Positions 39,004 through 53,370 of a DNA stretch of 64,000 nt are shown one piece after another. A program made the position numbers and the translations under genes. Source of the stretch: Octopus bimaculoides. Taxonomy: Eukaryota. Numbering within the stretch: position 1 is the stretch's first letter; each line of letters opens with the position of its first letter. The notes beneath the pieces are model-generated. The model ran no database searches, was not told where the DNA came from, and saw nothing but the letters and a program-made list of their open reading frames with translations. The stretch is from NCBI RefSeq assembly GCF_001194135.2, contig NC_068991.1, positions 2,765,738 through 2,829,737 on the forward strand, given 5' to 3'.

Positions 39004-39911
39004 CCCCAACACTCTCTCNNNNNNNNNNNNNNNNNNNNNNNNNNNNNNNNNNNNNNNNNNNNNNNNNNNNNNNNNNNNNNNNNNNNNNNNNNNNNNNNNN
39101 NNNNNNNNNNNNNNNNNNNNNNNNNNNNNNNNNNNNNNNNNNNNNNNNNNNNNNNNNNNNNNNNNNNNNNNNNNNNNNNNNNNNNNNNNNNNNNNNNNNN
39201 NNNNNNNNNNNNNNNNNNNNNNNNNNNNNNNNNNNNNNNNNNNNNNNNNNNNNNNNNNNNNNNNNNNNNNNNNNNNNNNNNNNNNNNNNNNNNNNNNNNN
39301 NNNNNNNNNNNNNNNNNNNNNNNNNNNNNNNNNNNNNNNNNNNNNNNNNNNNNNNNNNNNNNNNNNNNNNNNNNNNNNNNNNNNNNNNNNNNNNNNNNNN
39401 NNNNNNNNNNNNNNNNNNNNNNNNNNNNNNNNNNNNNNNNNNNNNNNNNNNNNNNNNNNNNNNNNNNNNNNNNNNNNNNNNNNNNNNNNNNNNNNNNNNN
39501 NNNNNNNNNNNNNNNNNNNNNNNNNNNNNNNNNNNNNNNNNNNNATATATAACACTATGATATATTGCAAGCTGATTTTTGGTGTAACGATTTTAAAGTT
39601 TCACCTTCTAGTAAATTATGTCACACTAGTTTTAGTAGCGAGTACTGCTTCTTTCTCATACTTCCACTCCCACCTATACATCTATATATCTTTTTAATTA
39701 TCTACTTATCTCTCTATGGTTGTGTGTTATTGTTTGTGTATTTGTGCGTCTGCGATAGCCATGCTTATGCAACTTTGTGCTGGAGTTGTTTAGAGTCTTA
39801 TGTAATTTCGATAAACGGGCATTGCACGAACAGCGGTTCCGTTCAATCGGTCTTTCGGTCAGCCCCACACATCAGAAGTTTGGAAAGCCTCAGTGTAATT
39901 CTAGGTACTGG

Positions 39912-39985
39912 AATTTGAATTCAGAACGTAAAGACAGACGAAATACTGCTAAGCATTTCGTCCGGCGTGCTAACGTTTCTGCCAG
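39912..39985 (-). mobile_element. SINE family A head
   Basis: ggaatttgaattcagaacgtaaagacagacgaaatactgctaagcatttcgtccggcgtgctaacgtttctgccag. Confidence 0.85.
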
Positions 39986-42295
39986 ATAATAATTTGAAAC
40001 CATTATTATCATTACTATGGCCATCAGCTAGGCATGATCTTTTCTGATTGGCTGCCACTTTTAAATTTCTTCAGTTTCTGTTCCAATTAATTTCAGATTT
40101 GGTGTATTGATGTAGTTTTGTATGCTTATTATTGACATGAAATTCATTTTCGTGTCAATTTATCTGGGGTGACGAGCGAATAAAGTTACATTTACGAATG
40201 GCTTTCTGCCCCCAGTTAACGCAAACTAAGGCAAACATCACAGCCATATCTACACCAACAACATGTAGAAGAGTTGAGGAGATCAAATCCCAAACCAAAA
40301 CAGCGGGGAAGTTTGCTCTCTGCTCCAACGGAAGAGTAATTTCCTTCCAAACTCTCTGCTCCCCAAACAAACAACAACAGCAACCACAACGATACAGATA
40401 GCACAAGTTTCGACCAGACTTCACCATCTCCCATGGATTGCTTGGGGAATAACTTGGAGAAAGAGAAACGGGCTGACACATGGCAAATAATCCCTAAAGG
40501 GAGGTGGAAAGAAAAGTAGAATATAGGGCCCACACTCCGAGGACACAAACACAAAAAGCACAACTGCAGCCCGTTCACAACCATTCCAACAATAACAACA
40601 ATAACATAAATAACAACAGAAACAGCAATAAGAAAACACAAATACAACAACCAAAACTGAATCTACAAAATCAAACAGTTTAAACTGTCCACAGAATGTC
40701 TGCTTCAACTTCATCGTTGTAAATAAAAACAACAGTAAGTCAATGAAATACTGGAATCATAACAAAAATAAAATTGAGACAGAGGGGTTAACAATCTGAG
40801 GATTTCATCCTCAAAGCCTCAAACTGGCCGGTTACACAGATTAAAAATTTGTGATCTGCTCAGTCGATTGAAATAGGACCTGCAGACAGGGGCCCAGATA
40901 CAAGATGAACGTGTCCTTACCAGCACGCAAAGACTACAGGGACCGGATCAGTGAACTAGTAAAGCAGTGAACTAGTTTAATTAGTGGTGAGTCACTCTGA
41001 AAAGGTCGATTAGAGCAGAATCGATAGCTTTTCGCAAAGAACTAGATTAGAGGGAGAACGAGTTAGTAACCCAGAAGAGGCAGTCGGTAAGGGCATCGTG
41101 ACCGATGTGCTTGTGGCGAAATATAAAGGCTGCATTGTCACAGCTAAGGCTCGTGCGCTCAAAAACGAAACAACTAAAGCCATTCAAAGGACCCGAACGA
41201 TGGAGATACGACGTGGCAACAAAACCAGGTTCAGGTCGTTGGCGAACAAAACAGCAGTCAGACTGAATGGTATAGGGGAGAAAGGACAGCTTGGGATAAA
41301 ATTAGAAGGCAGGTTGAAAAGTAGTTGCAGGGTGAGTAGAGAAATATTAAGATAAGTGGTAGCAAAATCAACGGGAAAAACAAGTCGAATTGGGAATGTA
41401 TTGGAGACTACAACAAAAAAAAAAAAAAAAAAAAAAAAAAAACGAAACAAAAGGAGGCGGAGTTACTGACTAAATTAGAAGTTGCATTACTCGAGTGTGT
41501 GCCACCTGAGGTAGCCCTTGGATTTGTCCCGCCACCATCCACTGGGCCTCCAAGACTATATAGGTTTATACAGCAAGGCCAAAAGTGCCATCATCATAAA
41601 AGTGCAACCCGGAGCCAGGAGCAGACTGCTCCTCTTAGATCCCCCCCCCCCTGACTACGCCACTGACATGGTGGAACATGTGACGATGTAGATAAAGATG
41701 GGAAGATGATGAAGCAAAATTTAGGGGCCGGACAGAAATTACCCTTGCGTAAGTGTGTATGGGTAAGCAGAGAAATGTTGAGAGAATTAATGGTGAAAAT
41801 AAGGGCCAGTTTAAAATAAGGTGCGGGTAAGTAACGGAAGGTCTAGAAGATAAGTGGCCGAAATGGGGGTCAGTTTAAAATAATGTACGGGTAGGTGATG
41901 AAAGATTTGAAGGGTTATGGGTAGGTACAAGAATGTATTTAAGAATGACCTGTAAAAAAATTAGGGTCCCAGAATAAAAACATGGAGCAGTAAGCAACAA
42001 CAGAAAGATTGAACTTGTATTATATGCAACAGATGCAATAGTAGCTGCAAGTGTAAACTGCATAACACTACAGTTGTGAGAAATCACGTGGTGTGCAACC
42101 AGTGTTGCGACATCTCCAAATTTGGATAAACCACAATTATTGGAGAGCTGAGTGAATATGTGTGGATGTGTGGATATGTGTAGATGTTTATGTTTGTGCT
42201 TGAATTTGTGCGTATGTGTGTGTGTGTGTGTGTGTACAATCGGGTGTATGTGTGGTTGGGAAGAGACGCAAGTATGCGCTTATGTGTGTGTGTGT

Positions 42296-42333
<38 letters not shown>

Positions 42334-42506
42334 GTGTAAGAGTATATGGAGCTACGCACGTGTAGTTGAATGTATACGTGTTTAGCTGAGCGTAAATGTG
42401 TGTGTACGTGCGTGTGTGGCTACATATGTGTGCATGTATAAGTGTATATGTGTGGGTATAGAAACGGGTATATATTTGCACTCGGGTAGGCGGATGTGCT
42501 GTGCGA

Positions 42507-42539
<33 letters not shown>

Positions 42540-43053
42540 TATGTGTGTATGTGTGTGTATGATATTGGATTACGTGTCCATATACATGTGTGTGTTGTAC
42601 CGAAAGTGTGTCAGATGTGTCTGTATGTGTGTTTCTAAGACTATGAGATATGTGTGCGTTTGCCTCTGCCTGTGTGTATGTGTGTGCATGTGTTTGTGTG
42701 TGTGTCTGTGTGTGTGTGTGTATGTGTGTGCGACTATGAGAGTTTATAAGTGGGTGGCAAGATGATAAATGCGTATGTCTATGTGTTAATGCGTGTACGT
42801 GCGGATGTGTGCGTATGTGTGTGTGTGTGTGTGTGCGTGTGTGTATGTGTGTGTGTGTGTGTGCGTGCGTGTGTGTAATGCTTCCCTGTGGAACGAAATT
42901 CTCGCATACGCGAAATAAAAGTATGTACATATGTATATATACGTGTGTGTGTGTATGTATATATGAATGTGTGTGTGTGTGCGAGTATGAGTGTGTATGC
43001 GTGTGTGCTTATGTGCGTGTGTATGTACACGAATGTGTTTGTATGTTTCTGTT

Positions 43054-43116
<63 letters not shown>

Positions 43117-43686
43117 GTGTGATATTTCCCTGTGGAAAGAAATATCCACATACGTGACTTATATGTGAGTGTACAAGTCTGTGTGTATGTGTGTGTACGT
43201 TATATACGTATGTTATACGTGTGTGTACGGCATTTTATTCTCGTGCATGGCAATGTGAATGCGCGCGAGTGCAGTGCTTCCCAGGAAATACGTGACAAGG
43301 GCGAATCCCGGAAGTGTTCTGCAAGTATGTCTCTATTGATACATAAAGATCTATATTCAAACATTTCTGTGAGCACTCGTGAGGCCGTTTGTGTGTGTGT
43401 GTGCGTGTATACACACACACACACACACACACACACATGAGAAGGATGTGTTATAATACTATTCCACAGCCACACCAACAATCCAATAATACTAATCCAC
43501 AGATACAAAAACAGCCATACCGAGAATCCAACATACCTCCATCATCAACTGCCCCACGAGACCCACAAAACCCCACCAAGTATGTATGTATACACACACT
43601 TACACGCACGCATGCGCACACGCGTACATGTATATATAGATATGTGTGCGTGTGTGTGCGCGTGTCTACATGTATGTCTATACGTA

Positions 43687-44094
43687 TGGCAGAATCGTTA
43701 GAGTGCCAGACAAAATGCTAAGCGGGCCTTACGTTCTGAGTTCAAATTCCGCCGAGGTCGACCTTGACTTTCATTCTTTCGTGGTCGATAAATTAAGTAC
43801 CAGTGAAACACTGGGGTCGATGTAATCGACTAGTAGACTCCCCTTAAATTTCAGGCCTTGTGCTTTTAGTAGAAAGAGCGAGCTCTCAGAATCGTTAGCA
43901 CACTGAACGGCATACTTAGCGGTTATTCGCTTGTCGCTACGTTCTGAGTTCAAATTCCGCCGAAATCGACTTTGCCTTTCATCCATTCGGAGTCGATAAA
44001 TCAAGTGCCATTGAAACACTGGGGTCGATGTTATCGACTAGTCCCTTCCCACAAAATTTCAGGCCTTGTGTCTTCAGTAGAAAGGATTATTATT

Positions 44095-44126
<32 letters not shown>

Positions 44127-44187
44127 TATTATTATTGAGCTGGCAGAAACGTTAACGCGGAGGGCGAAATGCTTAACGATATTTCTT
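43687..44187 (+). mobile_element. Head-to-tail array of three SINE family A units
   Basis: Heads at ~43687, 43878 and 44137. The first two end in ggccttgtg...gtagaaag; the third is a head only. Confidence 0.9.
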
Positions 44188-44212
44188 CTGTCGTGCGTGT
44201 GTGCGTTTCCCA

Positions 44213-44262
<50 letters not shown>

Positions 44263-44819
44263 TTAATTTACATAAAAAAACGGAAGTAGCTTAGCTATAG
44301 TAGAAAACATGGTGTAACAAATTAACTGTAGAAATGAAAATCTTGATAAATCAAGAAATTAAATTTTAAAAAAAGAACCATAAAAATATCATATATGAAA
44401 GCCGAAATATAACATAGTAAGAAGAAAAAAACAAAAAAGCGAAAGCATCTTAGCTATAGCAGAAAACATTTTAGACAAAGCAAGTCTAGTTGAACATGAA
44501 GTAGGAAATCAGAGCGTACATGAATAGAGGAGTAAAATATAGCTGGAGAAAACTAAATCAGCTTAGTTTTTAGCCGAAAGCATCTTATGAGAGAACGAGC
44601 TATGAGAGGGGCCCTTTTTTTTCTTACTTTTTACTGATGGAGAGTAAAACAACGCCAATGATCCTGTATTTTTTCAGGAGTGAGGGAAAGAAGAATCAAA
44701 CCGAGAACCGAGATTCTAAGGCGAATATTTGCAGCAGAATTAATTCTGCTAAAGGTGCTTAAGAACCAGGTGGGTGTTTTAAATTGGGCGATGGATTAAT
44801 CTTATTTACCACCGAAACA

Positions 44820-45260
44820 AAATCATGATAAGATGTTTAGAGAAGCGTCAGTTTTCTGTAACAAAAACTTGTGTTCTTCTTGAAAGCCACTGAAATTCCA
44901 GGATTTTGTTTCCCTTCGAAATTCACGAACGTAACAACTTTGGCAAAAAAAGGGTCTTGACTGAATATTTTTCTCAGATCACGCCACTACAGCTGACCAA
45001 GATAAACATGTTTGTCGGGGGTTGTTATTATAACAAACACGGTGAACTTGGATGACATCACTTCTTGCGTGTCTGTTCGAACTTCTCTACGGTTGTACTC
45101 TTATAACTTTTAGTTCCGCTCTGTTGGTTTCACTGTACGGTTCATTTAACATTAGTTCCACCTCCTGAACACCATATAAGAAGAGGTTTATGTTGTCAGC
45201 AAAGCATAAATGAACGCTGAAAGTGTACCTTGTATGCCATCAGAAACGGTAGTCACGATC
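44820..45260 (-). mobile_element. RTE-type LINE reverse transcriptase relic
   Basis: Minus strand HLCFADNINLFLYGVQEVELMLNE (degenerate HLRFADD) followed by DKHVYLGQ; frameshifts and stops present. Confidence 0.6.
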
Positions 45261-45469
45261 CATTATGTTCTGAGTTCAGTTGGTGGCGGGATCGATGTCC
45301 CTCCTTTCATCTTTGCGGAAGTCAATAAAATAAATAGAATCGAAGAACTGGGTTCCGTTTAATCGACGATATTCCGTTCTTCCCTTCTTCCCTTCTCTCC
45401 CGAACAAAATATGTGACTTTTGTGTCTTTATTTGAAAATCGTTATTATCTTTATTAAAATTTTTTACCA

Positions 45470-45618
45470 CCACCATCGTCATCATTATCATCATCGTCGT
45501 CGTCTTCCTTCTGCTTCCTTCTGTTCCGTCTCCTCCCCTTCTCCTCTGCCTCCTCATCCTCTTCATCGCTATCATCGTCGCCACCACTGTCGTCGTCGCT
45601 GCAACTGTTGTCATCATC

Positions 45619-45665
<47 letters not shown>

Positions 45666-45769
45666 TATTATCACCGTCACCATCATTGTCTCCGCTGCTG
45701 GTGTCGTCAATATAGTCGTCGTCGTCGTCACAGCTATTGCCATCATCATCATCGTCGTCGTCATCATCG

Positions 45770-45823
<54 letters not shown>

Positions 45824-45830
45824 ATGTCAC
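45470..45830. repeat. Degenerate (ATC/GTC)n triplet array
   Basis: Read directly from sequence; source of the poly-H, poly-D and poly-M ORFs. Confidence 0.95.
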
Positions 45831-46002
45831 AGATGACTGGACCCCATCTTGCATCACTCTCTTCTGCCAATAAATCCATTCCACAAGCCTTCAAGTGATG
45901 CTGGTTTTGTCTTTTAATAAAACACGAAGACACTGGAAGTGAACGGAACCAACAAACAACTGAAAACAAAACCATGGTGAATAGAAAAGATGACGAAACA
46001 AA

Positions 46003-46033
<31 letters not shown>

Positions 46034-46923
46034 TTACATAGGTATGTGTGTGTGTATATATATNNNNNNNNNNNNNNNNNNNNNNNNNNNNNNNNNNNNN
46101 NNNNNNNNNNNNNNNNNNNNNNNNNNNNNNNNNNNNNNNNNNNNNNNNNNNNNNNNNNNNNNNNNNNNNNNNNNNNNNNNNNNNNNNNNNNNNNNNNNNN
46201 NNNNNNNNNNNNNNNNNNNNNNNNNNNNNNNNNNNNNNNNNNNNNNNNNNNNNNNNNNNNNNNNNNNNNNNNNNNNNNNNNNNNNNNNNNNNNNNNNNNN
46301 NNNNNNNNNNNNNNNNNNNNNNNNNNNNNNNNNNNNNNNNNNNNNNNNNNNNNNNNNNNNNNNNNNNNNNNNNNNNNNNNNNNNNNNNNNNNNNNNNNNN
46401 NNNNNNNNNNNNNNNNNNNNNNNNNNNNNNNNNNNNNNNNNNNNNNNNNNNNNNNNNNNNNNNNNNNNNNNNNNNNNNNNNNNNNNNNNNNNNNNNNNNN
46501 NNNNNNNNNNNNNNNNNNNNNNNNNNNNNNNNNNNNNNNNNNNNNNNNNNNNNNNNNNNNNNNNNNNNNNNNNNNNNNNNNNNNNNNNNNNNNNNNNNNN
46601 NNNNNNNNNNNNNNNNNNNNNNNNNNNNNNNNNNNNNNNNNNNNNNNNNNNNNNNNNNNNNNNNNNNNNNNNNNNNNNNNNNNNNNNNNNNNNNNNNNNN
46701 NNNNNNNNNNNNNNNNNNNNNNNNNNNNNNNNNNNNNNNNNNNNNNNNNNNNNNNNNNNNNNNNNNNNNNNNNNNNNNNNNNNNNNNNNNNNNNNNNNNN
46801 NNNNNNNNNNNNNNNNNNNNNNNNNNNNNNNNNNNNNNNNNNNNNNNNNNNNNNNNNNNNNNNNNNNNNNNNNNNNNNNNNNNNNNNNNNNNNNNNNNNN
46901 NNNNNNNNNNNNNNNNNNNNNNN

Positions 46924-46965
<42 letters not shown>

Positions 46966-47547
46966 TATATATATATATATGTTTATATATATATATATGC
47001 ATGTATGTTTATATGTAGGTGTATAACATACATACATACATACATACATATGTATGTGCGCGTACGTATGTATGTGTGAGTACGTGTGTGTGTGCGTGCG
47101 TGTGCGTGCCTGCGCGTGCGTGTTCTCTATTCAGCTGTTATCTTTAATAACTTCCTATTATACAAGCTTCATATCTTTTTATCAAGGTAATGTGTCATTA
47201 TTCAAGTTTAGCCAAAGAAAAGCTCACCTCGTATATACATTCGTGTGTGTATCCGTCTCTGTGTGTGTACGTGCGCCTACGTGTGTGTGTGTGTGTGAGT
47301 GTGTGTGACTGTGTGTGTGTGTGTGTATGAGTGTGTATTTAAGAATACATGTGTATTTGTATTTATAAATAGTACACTTGTATAAATAATCGTTGTTTGC
47401 GGCAATGCCATCAAATGGATGACGACAATCTTCTTCTCTGTTGAGTGCTTATGTAATTCCTAAACCAACACAAAGACAGACGACATCTATTGTCACACCG
47501 GCATCACCATCTTTCTCTCTGTCTCTCTGAGTCTCTGAGTCTCTCTG

Positions 47548-47592
<45 letters not shown>

Positions 47593-48956
47593 GTTTCTAG
47601 TTCTACGTAATCAATGACACAAGTAGCACATATGCCTATATACTTATACAAATGTCTGTTCATGTATGTATATATGTATGTTTGTGTCTATATATAGAAA
47701 TATGTGTATATGCACTTATGTGTAGCTATCCATCCGTCTATCTATCGTGTGTGCGCGTGTAGGTGTGTATATGTACGAACTCTTATGTCCAAACGTTCGC
47801 ATAAGCATTCGCAAACGCATACATACACTTTGGGGTGGATATGTGTGTACGTGAGTGCAAAAGAAATGATATACAATAAAATTGATATCATATATGCTAT
47901 GTATCTTAATACATGTATATGTCTATCATATACACACGTACAGACACAAGTACAAAATGTTGATGTTGAAATTCCAATGTAAGAGACTTGGNNNNNNNNN
48001 NNNNNNNNNNNNNNNNNNNNNNNNNNNNNNNNNNNNNNNNNNNNNNNNNNNNNNNNNNNNNNNNNNNNNNNNNNNNNNNNNNNNNNNNNNNNNNNNNNNN
48101 NNNNNNNNNNNNNNNNNNNNNNNNNNNNNNNNNNNNNNNNNNNNNNNNNNNNNNNNNNNNNNNNNNNNNNNNNNNNNNNNNNNNNNNNNNNNNNNNNNNN
48201 NNNNNNNNNNNNNNNNNNNNNNNNNNNNNNNNNNNNNNNNNNNNNNNNNNNNNNNNNNNNNNNNNNNNNNNNNNNNNNNNNNNNNNNNNNNNNNNNNNNN
48301 NNNNNNNNNNNNNNNNNNNNNNNNNNNNNNNNNNNNNNNNNNNNNNNNNNNNNNNNNNNNNNNNNNNNTATATATATATAAATAGATAGATATATATATA
48401 TGCGTACACATGCATTTACATATAAATACGTATACACGTACATGTATACATACATGCAAACATGCATGCATTCACACATAAATCCACATATCCGTATATA
48501 ATATATCTTTAAAGCTTTTACACCCATGTGGTCTTTCAAAAAAGTTTTATATCAGCCAACCTTTTACAGAGAATTAAAACTTCTTGTACTCTGCAACTTT
48601 TATTGTATTCTGCATCGTTTCATTTCATTTTCTTTTCTTTCCTTTCCCTCATTTTATTGTATCTTACTCTTCCTTTTTCCCATTTCATTCTAGTTTTTAC
48701 CATTTCTTCTCGTCTTCCTCCCTACCTATCCTACTAATGGCGTTACCTTGTTATCTTTCTAAAAAGGTATATTAAATATAAATAGTTTAATATTGGTCTA
48801 TATCATATTATATATTGCTTATAAATAACTAATAAATGTCAAAGCGGTCTTTCTGCGATCTCTAAGACCAATCGTAGTCTTCGAATTAAGTGAATATTAA
48901 CCTAAATCCACGCACACACGCACGCACACACATATGGGACTGGGTTATATTACATA

Positions 48957-48992
<36 letters not shown>

Positions 48993-49022
48993 TGTATGTA
49001 TGTATGTATGTATGTATGTATG

Positions 49023-49122
<100 letters not shown>

Positions 49123-50038
49123 TATACATATATATACATATATATATAATATTATATCATATCATATATATGTTAAATATATATATGTATATATATATAT
49201 ACACACACATATATATACATATACATGTATATATATACTATATTATATTTTGTGTTTGTGTGTTTGTGTTTTAACTTAGTCAGGAGAGAAACTTCTGTCC
49301 TCGTGACCTTTTCAAAAGGCCCGTGAGATAAGGGAAAAAGCGCGGGTTAATGGTAAACCGCGCCCCATAATCTGCTTTAGTAAGAGCATTGGACCAAGAT
49401 ATTTAATGTTTTCTGAAATCGGGAAAGATTATTTTCAATCCATTGATTTTCCTTATCCATGCAAGTGTTTGAATTTCTTCTGGATAAAACCTTAGTCCAC
49501 CGGAAATAACATTTGCCAGAAAATATTAGTAAAACAACTGGATGCAAGGGCCAAGAATGGGACATCTCGCTCAATCAGCTAGAAATAGCAGTCAAGTTAC
49601 CTGGACTCACACATCGTTGTCTTTAGAAGGCAGACATTAAAAACTTAAGTCCTGGATATGCAGTCCTGTCAGGACTGATATGGAGTTATTCAACAACAGG
49701 AAGAACTACACAATTAGGTAGATTGGGGGATGTAAATTCGGGTCTTTTGTTCAGCAGGATATGAAGTAATGGTCGAAGAATTGATGACAAATAACTTCGC
49801 TCTACAACTGAAGTTAGTTCTCACTCTCTCCCCTCTCTCTCTTCCTCTCTCACTCTCTTCCTCTATCTCTCTCTCTTCCTCTCTGTCTCTTTCTTCTCTC
49901 TCTCTCTCTCTTCCTCTCTCGTTCTCTTTCTATATCGTTATCTCTACCTCTTAACCTTTCCCCCACCCTTTGTCTCCTTTTCTATCTGTCTGTCTGATGT
50001 CTATGTATGTATGTATGTATGTATGTATGTATGTATGT

Positions 50039-50336
50039 GCAGATTTGTATGTTTTATGGACGTATTCTCATGCATATAGTTGCATATCTAGGCATACTCA
50101 TATATACTTAAATGATAAACTTCTGGAAAGTCTTACAGATTTTTACAGTTCCAGTGATGCATTGGATCTGTAGTCTTCGAATTATCGTTCTCCTTTCTGG
50201 TTTTGAGAAGCCTAATTTCTCAAGATTGGTATTTAGGCAGTGTGTTACATAACCCAAAGCCCCTATAATTACAGGTATAAACCTAAACTTGTTATCTGGA
50301 TAGAGTAACTGTAGATTTCTCAATAGTTCAGCGTAT
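50039..50336 (-). mobile_element. 5'-truncated RLE retrotransposon (R4-like) embedded in (TATG)n
   Basis: ORF end YAELLRNLQLLYPDNKFRFIPVIIGALGYV...LQIQCITGTVKICKTFQKFII* with a ~70 nt 3' UTR. (TATG)n lies at 50002-50038 and degenerate (TATG)n from 50335. Confidence 0.82.
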
Positions 50337-50680
50337 GTATTCATGTATGTATATATTCATGTATGTATATATTTATGTATGTATGTATTTATGTACGTAT
50401 GTTTGCATGCATGTATGTCTGTTTGTATGTATGTATGTATTAATGTATGTATTTATGCATGTATTCATGCATGCATGTATTTATTTATGCATGCAGGTAT
50501 ATATGCATTTATGGATGTATGTATTTATTTATGTATATATATATGTGTGTATGTATATCCAAGCATATTTACAAAGCTTTTAATAACTATAGTACATGCA
50601 TCTTTTTCAATGTGTTCAATACAAACACAATTTTCATAAATGTTTGTCTGCGCATGCGTATTTGTGCGCAGAGGCTTGTG

Positions 50681-50728
<48 letters not shown>

Positions 50729-52702
50729 NNNNNNNNNNNNNNNNNNNNNNNNNNNNNNNNNNNNNNNNNNNNNNNNNNNNNNNNNNNNNNNNNNNNNNNN
50801 NNNNNNNNNNNNNNNNNNNNNNNNNNNNNNNNNNNNNNNNNNNNNNNNNNNNNNNNNNNNNNNNNNNNNNNNNNNNNNNNNNNNNNNNNNNNNNNNNNNN
50901 NNNNNNNNNNNNNNNNNNNNNNNNNNNNNNNNNNNNNNNNNNNNNNNNNNNNNNNNNNNNNNNNNNNNNNNNNNNNNNNNNNNNNNNNNNNNNNNNNNNN
51001 NNNNNNNNNNNNNNNNNNNNNNNNNNNNNNNNNNNNNNNNNNNNNNNNNNNNNNNNNNNNNNNNNNNNNNNNNNNNNNNNNNNNNNNNNNNNNNNNNNNN
51101 NNNNNNNNNNNNNNNNNNNNNNNNNNNNNNNNNNNNNNNNNNNNNNNNNNNNTATATACACATATACATTCATACATACATATATACATACATATATACA
51201 TACATATAAGAAATAATTAAGATTCACTTGAATTAGGTACTTTAATTGAGGCGCCAAGTCAGTCCGGTATTATCCGCACAGCTCGAAGTTAGGTGAATAA
51301 AAAGCAAATAAGTAACAAGGATGTCAAGGTATTAATGCATTACGGCCGTTTCAGGCAGCTCCATTTAATCGAACAATGCAAGCATTACATCAATTTGAAA
51401 TACATCGCCATCTTGGGATACAAAAATATAGGTTTTCAACAGACAGCATACTCCATTATAATTTTTAGCAAATATTTCATCAGAACTAGAGAATGAAAAA
51501 ATTATAGCAGAATAAACTAAAGTTGCTAAAAATTATATTGGAGTATCCTGTCTATTGAAAACTTATATGTTGTCCTTATTTTCATTGTTTTGGATTTCTT
51601 TCGTTTTTCTTATCTCCCGAGGGAATTCGTTGTAAAGCTTTTTACATTTACTTCGTTTCTCTTAAAGTTATTTATGGTAAACCCTCGTATTTTTTCCTCG
51701 TCTGATTTGAAATTTTTCAGTTAACATCTTAACCAAAGTAAATAGATGGTTCATCCATGTAGTTTGATATTAACATGGGGCCCCCTCAACCGCGGAGGCC
51801 CCCTGCGACCGCAAGGCTTGCAGGAGCTTAGCGATGGCCCTGGAATCAGGCTCTATTTGTAGATTATATCCATTACTTATGAACATATCTCAGATTCTGA
51901 TATAACTCTTTGAACCTTTATTAATTTTATTTATTGACTTTTTCCTTTATGTAAGCGATTGACTCACTTCTGTGTGGATTTTCATCTATCCATATTTGTT
52001 ATATAACAAAGGATTAACACGATTAGTCTCTACTCATATCAGTTCATTTACACTTTTATGTATAAGTGATAATATATATGATAAGCCGGATATATTTTCT
52101 TTGCTCTTATTGCATATAAAAATATGTGAACCGGCCGTTATTAACTTGTCCTTATATGTATGATTTTACGTATATGATCTGTTATCCAAATCATAACGGA
52201 CGATTTGTAATAGAATTGTATTCATGTCGCATTGGCTTTTAACGATATCGTTCGAGTGCTAACACGCTATCTCAAACATAAAGCACCAGGATAAAATATC
52301 TTGCGATATTTATTCCAGCTTGACTTCCCTTCTTCATGAGTCGATAAAATTAAGTATCACTCATATGCTGGGGCTGATGTCATTGATTTACCTCACCTCT
52401 TCCAAATTTCTATCTTTTTGCCAAAATTAGAAATCATATAGAATCGCGATTATAATTATTAACGATATCACATACTCATACCTTTATACATACATATATT
52501 CTACCACATCCTCCATTTCACTTGTTTTCACGTCACACTCGAACCCGCTACCATCTCTTCACTTCCACGCTTTTCTTGCACAAAACGATCACACCTACAC
52601 ACCAACTACCCACATCTTCCACTATCCAACACCGCATCTCTGCCACACTTGCGCACTTTTTCACACATACGCACTCTCCAAAAGACACAAACACTCACCT
52701 CA

Positions 52703-53370
52703 TAGCTAAGTTACGGGGACATTAACACACGAACATCGGTTGTCAAGCGATGGTGGGAGGGCAAACACAGACACCCAAACATACACACACATGACGGGTT
52801 TCTTTCAGTTTCCATCTACCAAATCCACCCACAAGGCTTTGGTCATCCCGAGGCTATAGTAGAAGACACTTGCCTAAGGTGCCGTGCAATGGGACTCAAC
52901 CCGGAACCATGTGGTTGGGAAGCAAGCTACTTACCACACAGCCACTCCTATATAGGTGCAGCTGTGGTTGTGTGGTAAGAAGCTTGCTTCCCAACCACAT
53001 GGTTCCGGGTTCAGTTCCCTTGCATGGCGCCTTAGGCAAGTGTCTTCTGCTATAGCCTCAGACTGACCAAAGCCTTGTGAAGGGATTTCGTAAGCGGAAA
53101 CTGAAAGAAGCCCTACGTATAAATATGTGTGTGTGAGTGTGTGCATGTGTGTGCGTGTGTGAGGTGTGTGTGTGCGTGTTTGCCCCCACTGCCGTTTGAC
53201 AAGTGTTGATGTGTTTGCGTCCCTGTAACTAGCGGTTAGACAACGGAGACCGACAGAATAAATATTAGACTTTAAAAGAATGTAAATAATAGGGTCGATA
53301 CATTGAACCAAAAAATGCTTCAAAGTGGTGGCCCAACATTGCCGCTGTCTAATGACTGAAACAAGTAAAA
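52703..53370. mobile_element. Two SINE family B copies head-to-head (- 52703-52949; + 52954-53370)
   Basis: Mirror-image heads around cctatatagg (52947-52956); both copies carry the B core and 3' half. Confidence 0.9.

Noticed and set aside
41184-41330. Minus-strand LFANDLNL, similar to the RT FADD motif
   Set aside because: No other RT motifs recovered in flanking frames.
51336-51380. GAAA-CGGCCG-UA with matching UGCAU/AUGCA stem I on the minus strand
   Set aside because: The 3' half is hammerhead-like, but the CUGANGA core is unrecognisable (UGUUCGA); at most an old relic.
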